64,000 nucleotides of DNA from Candidatus Thorarchaeota archaeon (GTDB taxonomy: Archaea; Asgardarchaeota; Thorarchaeia; Thorarchaeales; Thorarchaeaceae), in NCBI GenBank assembly GCA_003345545.1, contig PRDH01000026.1, positions 32,001-96,000 on the forward strand, read 5' to 3'. Below the pieces are notes generated by a model, which saw only the letters and a list, made by a program, of their open reading frames with translations, was not told the origin of the DNA and searched no databases. A program made the position numbers and the translations under genes. Positions 50,701 to 58,129 of this stretch are shown here, in pieces; position 1 is the stretch's first letter, and each line of letters starts with the position of its first letter.

Positions 50701-52498
50701 TACGGTTTTGACAGTCTATTTCGGTGACACGTTGAACATACTTGCGATCTATAACGACACGTACTATAATGCGCTAGTGAGTGGGGCTAGTGTGATCTAT
50801 ACCCTTGGAAGCCTCACCGGCACATTGACCGAGGAAACAAATCACACCTATAGTGCTGTGATTGACGTGAGCTCCCTGCCATCCCAATCAATCTACCTGC
50901 GGTTGACTGCTACGAAGTTCGGCTACTCGACCACAACGAAATCGATCATCGTGACAATCCTTCCGATTCCAACTTCTGCGACTGTTGATGAAGCCAGCAC
51001 GTTGGAGAGCGGATATTTCGGCGCTCCGCTCAGCTTCAAGTTCTATTACGATGACCTTCAGCACTATGTAGGCATCGGAGGAGCTAATGTGATTGCCAGC
51101 TGGGAAGGAGGTACACCAACTGTAACTGACTATTCTAACGGGACATACAGAGTTGACTTGGTCATCACTGTGACAATTCCAGGTATCTATGATTTAGTTG
51201 TAAGGTTCGACCTTCAGAACTACACAACAAGAACAGCGATAGCTAGGATTGAGGTCTATGCCACTCCCGCCGCAATCTACGGTCCAACCACCTACTCATC
51301 GCCGATCAATGATACCATCGTGATTCCTTATCATGTGAAGAATATGTTGGACAATAGCACCATATCGGATGTGATTGGATTCGCATCATCCTCTCAATTG
51401 GGTGAATACGAGCTTCTGTTACTGCCAAATGGCAACTATACCCTGAACCTCCCTGGCGACCTACAGTACGGAACTTACGGTTTTGATGTCTATTTCGCCA
51501 CAACGAAATACACTATGTCTCCCATTCATGTGGATGTTACGGTGCGGACGATCCTGACAGCAGCTCTGCATGGAAATCTGACTATTCGAACCCAGCCTGG
51601 AGTGTCTTTCTCCTTTACTGTGACATATATGGACTTGGACCATAATGTTCCGATCAGCGGAGGAAGTCTGTCCTTAGAACTAGACCCTCAAGCGATTACC
51701 TACTACAACCAATCTATGCTCGATGAAGATGGAACGTACACATTGTACTTCTTCGCGAAAGGCGGCGGAACCCACTCGATTGTCATCAATATTGTAAAGG
51801 AGGGTTATGTCGCTCAGCAAGTCAGACTGTCGATTCAGTCAGACATCTCTGCAGAGCAAGCCTTCCAGCAGTTGGTTACAACAGCCGTAGGATCCGGAGT
51901 TCTCATAGTAGCCCTGCTTCTAGTAGCCTATGTGAAAGTGTGGAGTATTCCAAAACAGATACGCATCATGAGCCGTATGATTCGAGCGCTGGCGAAAGGT
52001 CATGTGCCAAAGGCTGCTAAAGCCCCAACTAGACAAGACATAGCTATGACTATTGTCAATGAAGAGATAGCTTCAATGCACCTAGTGAAACCCAGAGAGG
52101 ACATAGCTCCGGAACCAATAGTAACAACGGTTCCAGAGGTTAATGAGCTATTAGAGGAACTCGCATCTATCACTGGACTGGGTGAGGCTGAGATTGATGC
52201 GTTCAAGGCTGACCTCTCTCGAATGAGGGCCAGCGAGAGACCCGGATTCCTCAAGGAAGTGATTGACCAGGAGAAGGCTCGTCGCGCTGACGTCTTGGCA
52301 AAGCCCGCGAAGGTGGTCGCCAAGAAAGAGCAAGTTCCTTTGCAGGACTTGCCTGGTGAGCTAGAGGACCTACGGAAGAAACTACTCAAGAAGGGCATGG
52401 CAAGTGATGAGATTGACATCATCCTAGAGGAGGCCAAGGGTCTCTCGAAGGCGGATCTTGAAGCACTGCTGGATAGCTTGGGTATTAGCTTGGACTAG
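44741..52498 (+). CDS. Giant (2585 aa) type I membrane surface protein, paralog of the upstream gene without NHL insert
   Basis: Colinear motifs with the upstream protein (ELAPDE, TENRTW, WLNDGHG, SPNM, ITCNW, SVPK/SIPK, MRxSER); ATGA overlap. Confidence 0.9.
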   Translation: MKNTRRLVPIILLVALMIAPLFLTPQASIAVATPNLDADTSSDVRIVDIGNGEFIELAPDEELHRFVLSDQGWTEWTGFSDPLNGSEFGNSTNIFLDRQMTYIPGSGTSSVQTGISMGVGWESYETRVQITSLTENRTWITNPGFQDSESGWTVSNTDLGSSSTTTSSWLNDGHGVNDDCIQVDINSVGSVPPYYYDDGDISAYEQATTVTRGAVVWSALRLDYWADTVDDTHYGMTGSFRLFTNVEGTDIWRRVFTDIGAEETWYNTGLVTVIPSIFGLPGDATVTTRIGLESLVAVGYDPNIHPRARFDNVELFLKTLVNPSEITLRMNGLTVSDGASRGICAITQIPATPWTTSPVLLTFSWTPIPSPPNPNKVVRIDFNVNVNMFARRYDVSSLYEIGPTSYGERFIVRNGTNAEFTSYFRADIPTGYANRYFFNETIPMERDIYSVAQPLAPATNLTSGWTGGNPGDGFFNVSTYDITNEPGRFGYWRILSSSPNMISDLELWNPDISGWARTVDLRAGDTTRVRADVGAEFAGSTVTITIYKPDDSVWLTLSPIVDGAGYATSTTFALDGSSAPAGSWMVQATTNNVGADGEWTSVGLFKRPFTITHASDITLTYPADAVGTMLTNVTFGDLLLIILEVEDTDSYSPTVLVPGGTLTLDWVLGSDTFDDNRNGQYTKVIDTALLPGSGNYVMGLDWTHPNFDASNTALTINVNYAATLTSPDYPGISGPVGDDQSFIAIFANVNGTGITEGELWCDWSNPYTVVPLGTGQFEFQLDMEDIPIGEYPIHVYATGPFIEPQTMLMYVGAREIYSSITYTSSQLSIPLGEASSFLLTWTDTDHGTLIAGSASSITCNWTSFHTSGDTNYTVVEVSPGKYNISIFTKSSDPLTGSDFFDVRFNVMKDDYQNHTFDIAVEIRKRNTLFVLDAPIVQTPYGSPITVLVFYQDTDLRVGIGNVTGEVRLTITSSELGGIVYTTAASSLGLGHYNITIPSDQWGSIGWKDLHLLIEWSGVVDKFYSQTIDTSARITGTDTDLYLELAPTATYYLNTFNFTVIYWDTVGLLRISNSTNNVFLHIMALGAGNSVTQSDFTVTESASVPGTYIFVLGSSLFSSTDTFRFELSFMWKKGQSPLYENGTMVVSLILLDRPTYVDYTPVASTPYGEQAEFLFSFVDTLTSVKIANSSQLYIDLNDLGVIFTYSYNPVTKEFTLYIDTASIGSIGPHDLHLNVTWIGAPFYASIQSKIFSVSVITRATQLSHLSFSPGQWGNNITIVFIYTDIVAGSTTGMTGTLTLNIAADKYSVVYSPEGRFIVTLNTTAFLGDGEYSVTAVVVHTFAYYANATEIFDISVLKRSTQLGYDSPDPAPYASNATLYVTYVDDSTGRGIPGASIAISGNSTYALVLNSNYWFTYIGNGRYLIEVDTAALGAPGYYLLTVSVTFTGEPFYLPGSRDVLTRVTLRTTQILITQTPGSVSFLENVVFRFKFTDYLLGTKIAITKSHITLTHGEYPYTEIASGSYFLYEYATYYEIVFNSTIVSPDTLVTGHPIQMTIDLGSGVPYYAPRSTSTTVSTVERPTQILFPLVEDTPYFDNITIELSYVDYLTGAGIDGANLLIASGNWSSPQYTLFREGDGTYRILINSSVFGNTGTVFFDITLSKSGAPFYSTRATLGVPATIREVQTSLVADAPPAGSTAVGAPIEVLLTLVDFDHDLPLSNAVITSDWTALFGRSYTVVELGNGAYTITLTTTGLLAQRYDFHVYGDKPFYQTAVAGVFVQPGAATVEIFLERSTYYADWGELVNITFQVREPYYSTPVTGMTASLLWQGMLYGFSEVGNGYYTLLLDSSDTNFGVYAPQISVTKQYYQPRQTTFNLIVSKATGQIIPDFSSYQVVIDTSIDIQLFLNDTVSGMPVTTATVTMEFNSTVYLLTHLGAGVYSGDLLVSGFAIGQYPLTIRAISLNHMFLETIVGINVVPIYTEVKLVSGATVLTVYFGDTLNILAIYNDTYYNALVSGASVIYTLGSLTGTLTEETNHTYSAVIDVSSLPSQSIYLRLTATKFGYSTTTKSIIVTILPIPTSATVDEASTLESGYFGAPLSFKFYYDDLQHYVGIGGANVIASWEGGTPTVTDYSNGTYRVDLVITVTIPGIYDLVVRFDLQNYTTRTAIARIEVYATPAAIYGPTTYSSPINDTIVIPYHVKNMLDNSTISDVIGFASSSQLGEYELLLLPNGNYTLNLPGDLQYGTYGFDVYFATTKYTMSPIHVDVTVRTILTAALHGNLTIRTQPGVSFSFTVTYMDLDHNVPISGGSLSLELDPQAITYYNQSMLDEDGTYTLYFFAKGGGTHSIVINIVKEGYVAQQVRLSIQSDISAEQAFQQLVTTAVGSGVLIVALLLVAYVKVWSIPKQIRIMSRMIRALAKGHVPKAAKAPTRQDIAMTIVNEEIASMHLVKPREDIAPEPIVTTVPEVNELLEELASITGLGEAEIDAFKADLSRMRASERPGFLKEVIDQEKARRADVLAKPAKVVAKKEQVPLQDLPGELEDLRKKLLKKGMASDEIDIILEEAKGLSKADLEALLDSLGISLD

Positions 52499-52509
52499 GC
52501 CCTGTGTGA

Positions 52510-52539
52510 CGCACTAGCAATGGCAGGGTTGTTAGTGCG
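52510..52539 (+). terminator. Hairpin after the giant-protein operon
   Basis: CGCACTAGCAA / TTGTTAGTGCG, 11-bp stem with one G-U pair and an 8-nt loop; no T-tract. Confidence 0.4.
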
Positions 52540-52633
52540 CCCCTACCGATCAGTAGATACCTCTGAATTTCGATGGAGCTCACTGAGGGAGGCTCCATTT
52601 ATACAATGGAGAACAGTTAAGTAAGTATCAAGC

Positions 52634-53734
52634 TTGTCTGACCTCATGAATCTCGATGACCGAATCAAGTTGATCGCTGGAGTTGGCGAAGAAGTAGTTA
52701 CATTGGATGAATTGAGACAGCTATTAGAAGAGAAGCCTCATCCGATTGCTTATGATGGATTTGAACCATCTGGACTTGCACACCTGCCCTTTGGCGTCTA
52801 CAGAGCACTTCTTCTAAAGGACTTGGTCAAGGCTGGAGTCAGATTCAAGATTTGGCTTGCGGACTGGTTTGCATGGATCAATCGCAAGATGGATAGCGAC
52901 CTAGAGAAGATCAGGAACGTTGGAGAATACTTCATCGAGGTTTGGAAAGCAGCCGGTGTCCCTACTGATAAGGTAGAATTCTTGTGGGCATCTGAGGCCA
53001 TGGACTCAATAGAGTATTGGGAAAGAGTTGTGAGAGTCGCAAAAAGCACAACAATCGCTAGAGCAAATCGGGCACTGACAATCATGGGCAGGCGTGAGGG
53101 AGAACTGAATGAGGTGGCTCAGTATTTCTACCCGATGATGCAGGTTGCTGATATCTTTCATCTAGAAGCTGACATCACGCAGCTTGGACTTGACCAGCGC
53201 AGAGCCAATATGCTTGCTAGAGAAATCGGTCCCAAACTGGGATGGTGGAAGCCTGTCGTTATCAGCCATCACATGCTCATGAACCTTGAAGGAGCGGCTG
53301 AGCCAGAGGGATTCGACGAGGAAAAGGCATTTGACATCCAGATATCCTCGAAGATGAGCAAGAGCAAGCCCTCCTCTAGCATATTCGTCCATGATTCTGA
53401 GGAGAGGATTCGTGAGAAGATAATGTCTGCATACTGTCCTCCGAAGGAGGTTGTGAACAATCCTCTACTAGACTATGCGAAGCATATCGTGTTTCGCCAG
53501 TATGATACAATGAATATCGAGCGAAAACCAAAGTACGGCGGCGACATTGACTTCACGAGTTATGAGGGTCTGGAGAAGGCGTACGGAAACGGAGAGATTC
53601 ATCCTCTCGACCTGAAGAATGCAATGGTGATCTACCTCGATAGGATGATTGAGCCCATCCGTTCATATTTCGATACGAAGAAGAGGGCGAGAGAGATGCT
53701 CGAGCTTGTCAAAAGCTATCAAGTAACGCGGTAG
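52634..53734 (+). CDS. tyrS: Tyrosine--tRNA ligase, archaeal type
   Basis: AYDGFEPSG, LADWFAWIN, YPMMQVADI, GLDQRRA, KMSKS, AYCP, IHPLDLK. Confidence 0.96.
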   Translation: MSDLMNLDDRIKLIAGVGEEVVTLDELRQLLEEKPHPIAYDGFEPSGLAHLPFGVYRALLLKDLVKAGVRFKIWLADWFAWINRKMDSDLEKIRNVGEYFIEVWKAAGVPTDKVEFLWASEAMDSIEYWERVVRVAKSTTIARANRALTIMGRREGELNEVAQYFYPMMQVADIFHLEADITQLGLDQRRANMLAREIGPKLGWWKPVVISHHMLMNLEGAAEPEGFDEEKAFDIQISSKMSKSKPSSSIFVHDSEERIREKIMSAYCPPKEVVNNPLLDYAKHIVFRQYDTMNIERKPKYGGDIDFTSYEGLEKAYGNGEIHPLDLKNAMVIYLDRMIEPIRSYFDTKKRAREMLELVKSYQVTR

Positions 53735-53738
53735 ACAT

Positions 53739-54764
53739 CTAATCATCAGAGTTTCTCTTCCTTGCTCTCTGTGTCACTATACCGAGTGCAACAAATCCCA
53801 CGATGACGCTGAACCATAGAGTGACCACTCTAATCAGGATAGTGGCCGCACTTGCATGCGATGTAGATACTCCAAGTAGCAAGGGAATCAGTAAGACAGA
53901 TGTGAGCTCATATGTTCCGACTCCGCCGGGCAAGAACGAGACTGCACCGATGACTGAAGCTGTCGAGTGAATGAATGTTGCAGTGAGCAATAGCAGCAGA
54001 GGACTCATTGGAATCGCTGGTGCGAGTACTGTTAGTAGTAGCCACAGTTCGATACACTCCATGAACCATCCAGGAATACTGATTGCTGTGCCGGCCAACA
54101 TGGGCCTAGGACTCAGTGTTTTGGTCATAGTGTCTTCGACAAGGTCAAGGCTGTCTTGAAATCTCTTCAAAGGGCCGACTGAAGTCAGTCGCTTCAAGAT
54201 TCTGCTGTAGAACACGCCGGTTCCGAGGACAATCGCGCCCCCAAGTACTGCTCCGCCTAGAACGAGCACTGTGAGCAATTGATTTCCTGTGTTGATGCCG
54301 ACCGAGAATCCAACTAGCACCAGAATCACCATTGCCAAGAGATCCGTGACCCGTTCTGATATCACTAGTGGAGCTGTCTTTGCCACAGGCGTACCATCGA
54401 TTGTCCTGATGAAATAGCCTTTGACAGCCTCTCCGATCTTTGCGGGGGTCGTCGTGAGGGTAAAGCCTGCGAGAAAGACACTGAAGCTGTCCGCATGGCT
54501 AAGGCGAATGTGTATCCGGTGGAGAAAATACTGCCATTTGAAATACCGAATGATATAGTTCAGAAAAGAAAGCGCCATCATTGCTGGCAGTACCCACATC
54601 CATGGGATCGAGCCCAGCGCCAATAGAACTTCGTTCGGGTCTCCATAGACTCCTACTAGTGCAAAAACAACCATACTGAAAATGATGAAGATGGCTATGT
54701 TTCGTGGACTGATGAAGGAACTTTCCCTGATTGTATTCTCAGATTCACCAAGCATCGTATGCAA
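53739..54764 (-). CDS. UPF0104 / lysylphosphatidylglycerol synthase TM-domain (flippase-like) protein
   Basis: IRYFKW, TPAKIGEAVK, ERVTDL, LPGGVGTYE, LIRVVTLW; about 8 TM segments. Confidence 0.88.
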   Translation of the reverse strand: MHTMLGESENTIRESSFISPRNIAIFIIFSMVVFALVGVYGDPNEVLLALGSIPWMWVLPAMMALSFLNYIIRYFKWQYFLHRIHIRLSHADSFSVFLAGFTLTTTPAKIGEAVKGYFIRTIDGTPVAKTAPLVISERVTDLLAMVILVLVGFSVGINTGNQLLTVLVLGGAVLGGAIVLGTGVFYSRILKRLTSVGPLKRFQDSLDLVEDTMTKTLSPRPMLAGTAISIPGWFMECIELWLLLTVLAPAIPMSPLLLLLTATFIHSTASVIGAVSFLPGGVGTYELTSVLLIPLLLGVSTSHASAATILIRVVTLWFSVIVGFVALGIVTQRARKRNSDD

Positions 54765-55434
54765 TCCTCCGAATCCGTTGCCAGAGCATTGTTGGGACGT
54801 GTAAAAGGAAAAACGAGGGATAGCCAGTGATCTGCGTTCGACCTGCCTTCAATTCAGTATAGATATCGTCAGCAGTTTCAATATCCTGAAGCCAGGTTTT
54901 GGCATGCCCCATCTCAAGGATGGAATGTCCATCGCTGCCTGCTGTCATTGGTTTGTTCATACGTTTTGCAAGATTCTGAGCGCTTCTGTTGAAACTATTG
55001 ATGATACATCTTGAGTTGATACCTTCAACAAGGTCCACGTGCTTGGCTATCAAATGCTCAGGAAGTCCCCGTCTTACGGCAGCGTTTTTTCGTAGTATGT
55101 CGGTGGGGTGCGGAAGAATGACGAGGCCGTTCATGTCGTGAATGTCTTCTGAAATCTCAGCAAAAGTTCTATTTTCAATATGCCCTGAGATGAATAGACC
55201 GATCACTTCGCCAAAGTCTTTAGACTTGTATTCACATCCGGGAAGGATGAATCTTCCATCTCGGTGAATGACTCTCAGATTCGCAGCTCGAACGTGTTCG
55301 GTCGGTGCTACTCCTCTCAGACCTTTCTTCTTCATCGTTTTCAAGAGCGAGTGTGGAGTCTGAAGACCATCCTTTGAATGAAATGTGTGCATATGGAAAT
55401 CGAAAGCCGACAGCCGCTCGCTCATCTTTGACAC
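54745..55434 (-). CDS. PHP-domain metal-dependent phosphoesterase
   Basis: DFHMHTFHSKDG, PTEH, PGCE, LPHP, EGINSR, AGSDGH. Confidence 0.88.
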   Translation of the reverse strand: MSKMSERLSAFDFHMHTFHSKDGLQTPHSLLKTMKKKGLRGVAPTEHVRAANLRVIHRDGRFILPGCEYKSKDFGEVIGLFISGHIENRTFAEISEDIHDMNGLVILPHPTDILRKNAAVRRGLPEHLIAKHVDLVEGINSRCIINSFNRSAQNLAKRMNKPMTAGSDGHSILEMGHAKTWLQDIETADDIYTELKAGRTQITGYPSFFLLHVPTMLWQRIRRIAYDAW

Positions 55435-56427
55435 CTAGGGGGTGAAGGGAAATGGAAAGAGTGGTGGAAATAGATTCTCAAGGAAATCTAGGACAACTTT
55501 GAATACTGCTTCTAGGCCATCCATCACAATCCCCCAGAAGAATAGCGTCCAGACCAACGTCACCAAGAGTAAGACACCACCAATCAGGATTCCTTTGTCC
55601 TTGACAGCCAGATGAGGCTTTCTTCCGATAGGACTACCTATGTGTATTAGATAGACGTATCGCAGTATGATTCCTGCCATTATGGGAACTGTGAACATTA
55701 TGTACTGCTGCTCTATCGCTGCTCTGGAGATATCGTAGCAATACAGTGTGTAGAATATGACAAACCATGTTGCTGACATGGAAATCGCGTGGTCCAGGAT
55801 TGTATGTGTGTACATCTTAAAGACGGATTTGTGAGCAGCCGCATTCGCACCCAAGTACTGCAGCTCATTTTTTCTCTTGCCAAATCCCAGAATCAATGCA
55901 AAGAAGAATACACCAATGACCAGCCACGAGGTAGCATCGATGCGTATCAGAACTGCTCCTGAAACCGCTCTAATGACAAAGCCAACTGCGATAGTGACTA
56001 CGTCAATGACTGCTCGTTTCCTAAGATAACTATTGTACAGCTGGGATGTCACTATGTAGAGGATCACGGTGAGGAAGAACTTCCAATAGAGAATGAAGGA
56101 TAGGAATAGTCCAGAAACAAGGAGAATAATGGCAAAGTAGAAAGCGCTTTCCTTTGTCACAGCCCCTGAGGGCAGAGGCCTGTTTCTTTTCTCAGGATGA
56201 ACAGAGTCGGCCTCGAAATCACGGATATCATTGATGATGTATGTGGCGCTTGTTACTGCACACAAAGCTGCGAATCCGAAAAACAGCGGTATGTATTGTA
56301 TCCAGTAGGCAGGCTGAAAGACTTCCTCGAGTTGCTTGACTGGATAGAAAAGGATGGGTAAGAAGACAAGCAAGTTCTTGTACCATTGGGCAGGTCTCAT
56401 GAGTCGAATGTAGCCACTAAGAACCAT
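55435..56427 (-). CDS. UbiA-family prenyltransferase, decaprenyl-phosphate phosphoribosyltransferase-like
   Basis: RPAQWYKNLLVF, YIINDIRDFEADSVHPEKRNRPLPSG, GFVIRAVSG, FGKRKNEL. Confidence 0.85.
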   Translation of the reverse strand: MVLSGYIRLMRPAQWYKNLLVFLPILFYPVKQLEEVFQPAYWIQYIPLFFGFAALCAVTSATYIINDIRDFEADSVHPEKRNRPLPSGAVTKESAFYFAIILLVSGLFLSFILYWKFFLTVILYIVTSQLYNSYLRKRAVIDVVTIAVGFVIRAVSGAVLIRIDATSWLVIGVFFFALILGFGKRKNELQYLGANAAAHKSVFKMYTHTILDHAISMSATWFVIFYTLYCYDISRAAIEQQYIMFTVPIMAGIILRYVYLIHIGSPIGRKPHLAVKDKGILIGGVLLLVTLVWTLFFWGIVMDGLEAVFKVVLDFLENLFPPLFPFPFTP

Positions 56428-56442
56428 TACCTAATCCTCCAA

Positions 56443-57522
56443 TTATTCAGAGTATGAACTCCATAATGCGCCCCATTCAGTCTCTTCAAGGAACCACTTC
56501 ACCCATCTCCTTCCTTTGAGAGGAAGCCAGATACCATCATGGTAGAAACCGGATAGCTGCGTCGGAAGCCACATAAGTGGAGACCTGAACAAGAATGTTT
56601 CCATTCCGGGAAACTTCAGGAAACCGCGATTCCAGGCAATCACTGGACTCTTCTTGGGACAGAGGTGAAAGTTGGGGAGGTCTTCCCATGATTCATAGTC
56701 ACCGACTATCTCGATTTTCTCAGGATCAGACTCTCCGAGCCCTACCTCTTTCGCAAGCTGAAGCTTCCGCACGAGTGTTTGGTCAATCCCCATGAGACGC
56801 GTCTGAACAGTGTCTGCGGCCACCATATCGCTCGTGGCAATCAAAACGTTTCCAATCTTCGGGATCATTGTACGGGGGCCGGCTCCATCACCCATGACAG
56901 TACCGTCAGTAAGGACAAATTCAGAGTGTGAGATGGTCCGTTGCAGAAGAAGCAAGTCAACTAATACCTCATGTATCTTCAAATGTGCTAGGTGCCTATT
57001 CTTCGTGAGGTAGAGACCGAAGCTGTCCTTCATTGCTCCTGTCATCTGTGTGTGTCCATGAGTCTTGATTGTGGGGAGATGGATGATGTTTGTTCCGAAA
57101 ATCTCCTTGGGTGCAATAATCTCGCCGAATATCTTTTCGAGCACTAGCGTCTTCTTGGGGAGCTTCACATCGACATAGTGCGCCTTGATGAGGGGAAGGA
57201 ACTTGATACGATGCTTCTTGATGACTGGATACCAGTTGTTATTCCTCGTGCCTGTATAGATATTGGTTACAACGGTCTCGTTTTCGACTGCTTGAATTGT
57301 TCTTCGATCGAAACCATCACTGATGAGCTTCCTAAGCATTCCATCGAAAATGTAGGGATTCGTGCTGCATGCTGGATAGAGTTTGCTCCATGAGAGATTC
57401 AGTTTGATTGTTGTTGCAACATCTTTCGATACGAATTTGCTGTAATCAGCATCATTCATTGCTCTAGCTATATCCTCATTGATTGTCTTTGGGGATGTGT
57501 TGACCACGGCTACCTTCGGCAT
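56443..57522 (-). CDS. DUF362 domain protein
   Basis: IKLNL, CSTNP, LPTIKTHGHTQMTGAMKDSFG, DGTVMGDGAGP, SDMVAAD. Confidence 0.85.
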   Translation of the reverse strand: MPKVAVVNTSPKTINEDIARAMNDADYSKFVSKDVATTIKLNLSWSKLYPACSTNPYIFDGMLRKLISDGFDRRTIQAVENETVVTNIYTGTRNNNWYPVIKKHRIKFLPLIKAHYVDVKLPKKTLVLEKIFGEIIAPKEIFGTNIIHLPTIKTHGHTQMTGAMKDSFGLYLTKNRHLAHLKIHEVLVDLLLLQRTISHSEFVLTDGTVMGDGAGPRTMIPKIGNVLIATSDMVAADTVQTRLMGIDQTLVRKLQLAKEVGLGESDPEKIEIVGDYESWEDLPNFHLCPKKSPVIAWNRGFLKFPGMETFLFRSPLMWLPTQLSGFYHDGIWLPLKGRRWVKWFLEETEWGALWSSYSE

Positions 57523-57622
57523 CGTTCCTTCAACTCAGCATGAGCATCGCTCTGCGCATCAAAATGCCCTCTTCACTCTCATCTTAATAAGTTGCCTCAA
57601 TGGTTATTCTTGTACCAATGCA

Positions 57623-58078
57623 TTATTGGGGCGTTTCAGCGGATTCACTTGCCCAGAGAGATTCGATTCCAGAATATACCTCTCGTACCTGTGGATTCTT
57701 CAAATACCAGAGCAGTATGATGTTGAGAGCGAGTATGAGCGGACTCAGGGTGAGTACATGGACGATTACAGATGCGATGCCGACAGCCATAGCCACTCTC
57801 CATGCCCAAGGCTCCAGTCGCCAGAAACCCCAGCCTGCAATAAGTGATAAGACTGCGAGAGCGCCGATGATTACTCCGTGGGCAACGTACATAATCAGAA
57901 GACCAAGTGGACCCGGATAGAGATCCATCGAGAGATGCACGGCTGTCAGTATGATTCCAAAAACCCCTGACATGATTTCAAGAACAAAAATGATGATTAG
58001 CTTGGTCTCCGTTTGATTTGCGGCTTCGGAAAATGCGTCCAGATTATCAAAGGAATCCTGTGAATCTGCCAAGACCAA
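57623..58078 (-). CDS. Hypothetical 4-TM membrane protein
   Basis: GWGFWRLEPWAW and NIILLWYL pattern. Confidence 0.65.
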   Translation of the reverse strand: MVLADSQDSFDNLDAFSEAANQTETKLIIIFVLEIMSGVFGIILTAVHLSMDLYPGPLGLLIMYVAHGVIIGALAVLSLIAGWGFWRLEPWAWRVAMAVGIASVIVHVLTLSPLILALNIILLWYLKNPQVREVYSGIESLWASESAETPQ

Positions 58079-58129
58079 TCCCTCATCTGAACTATTGAGT
58101 CTGCAATCTATTATGTTCTTCGATAGGCG

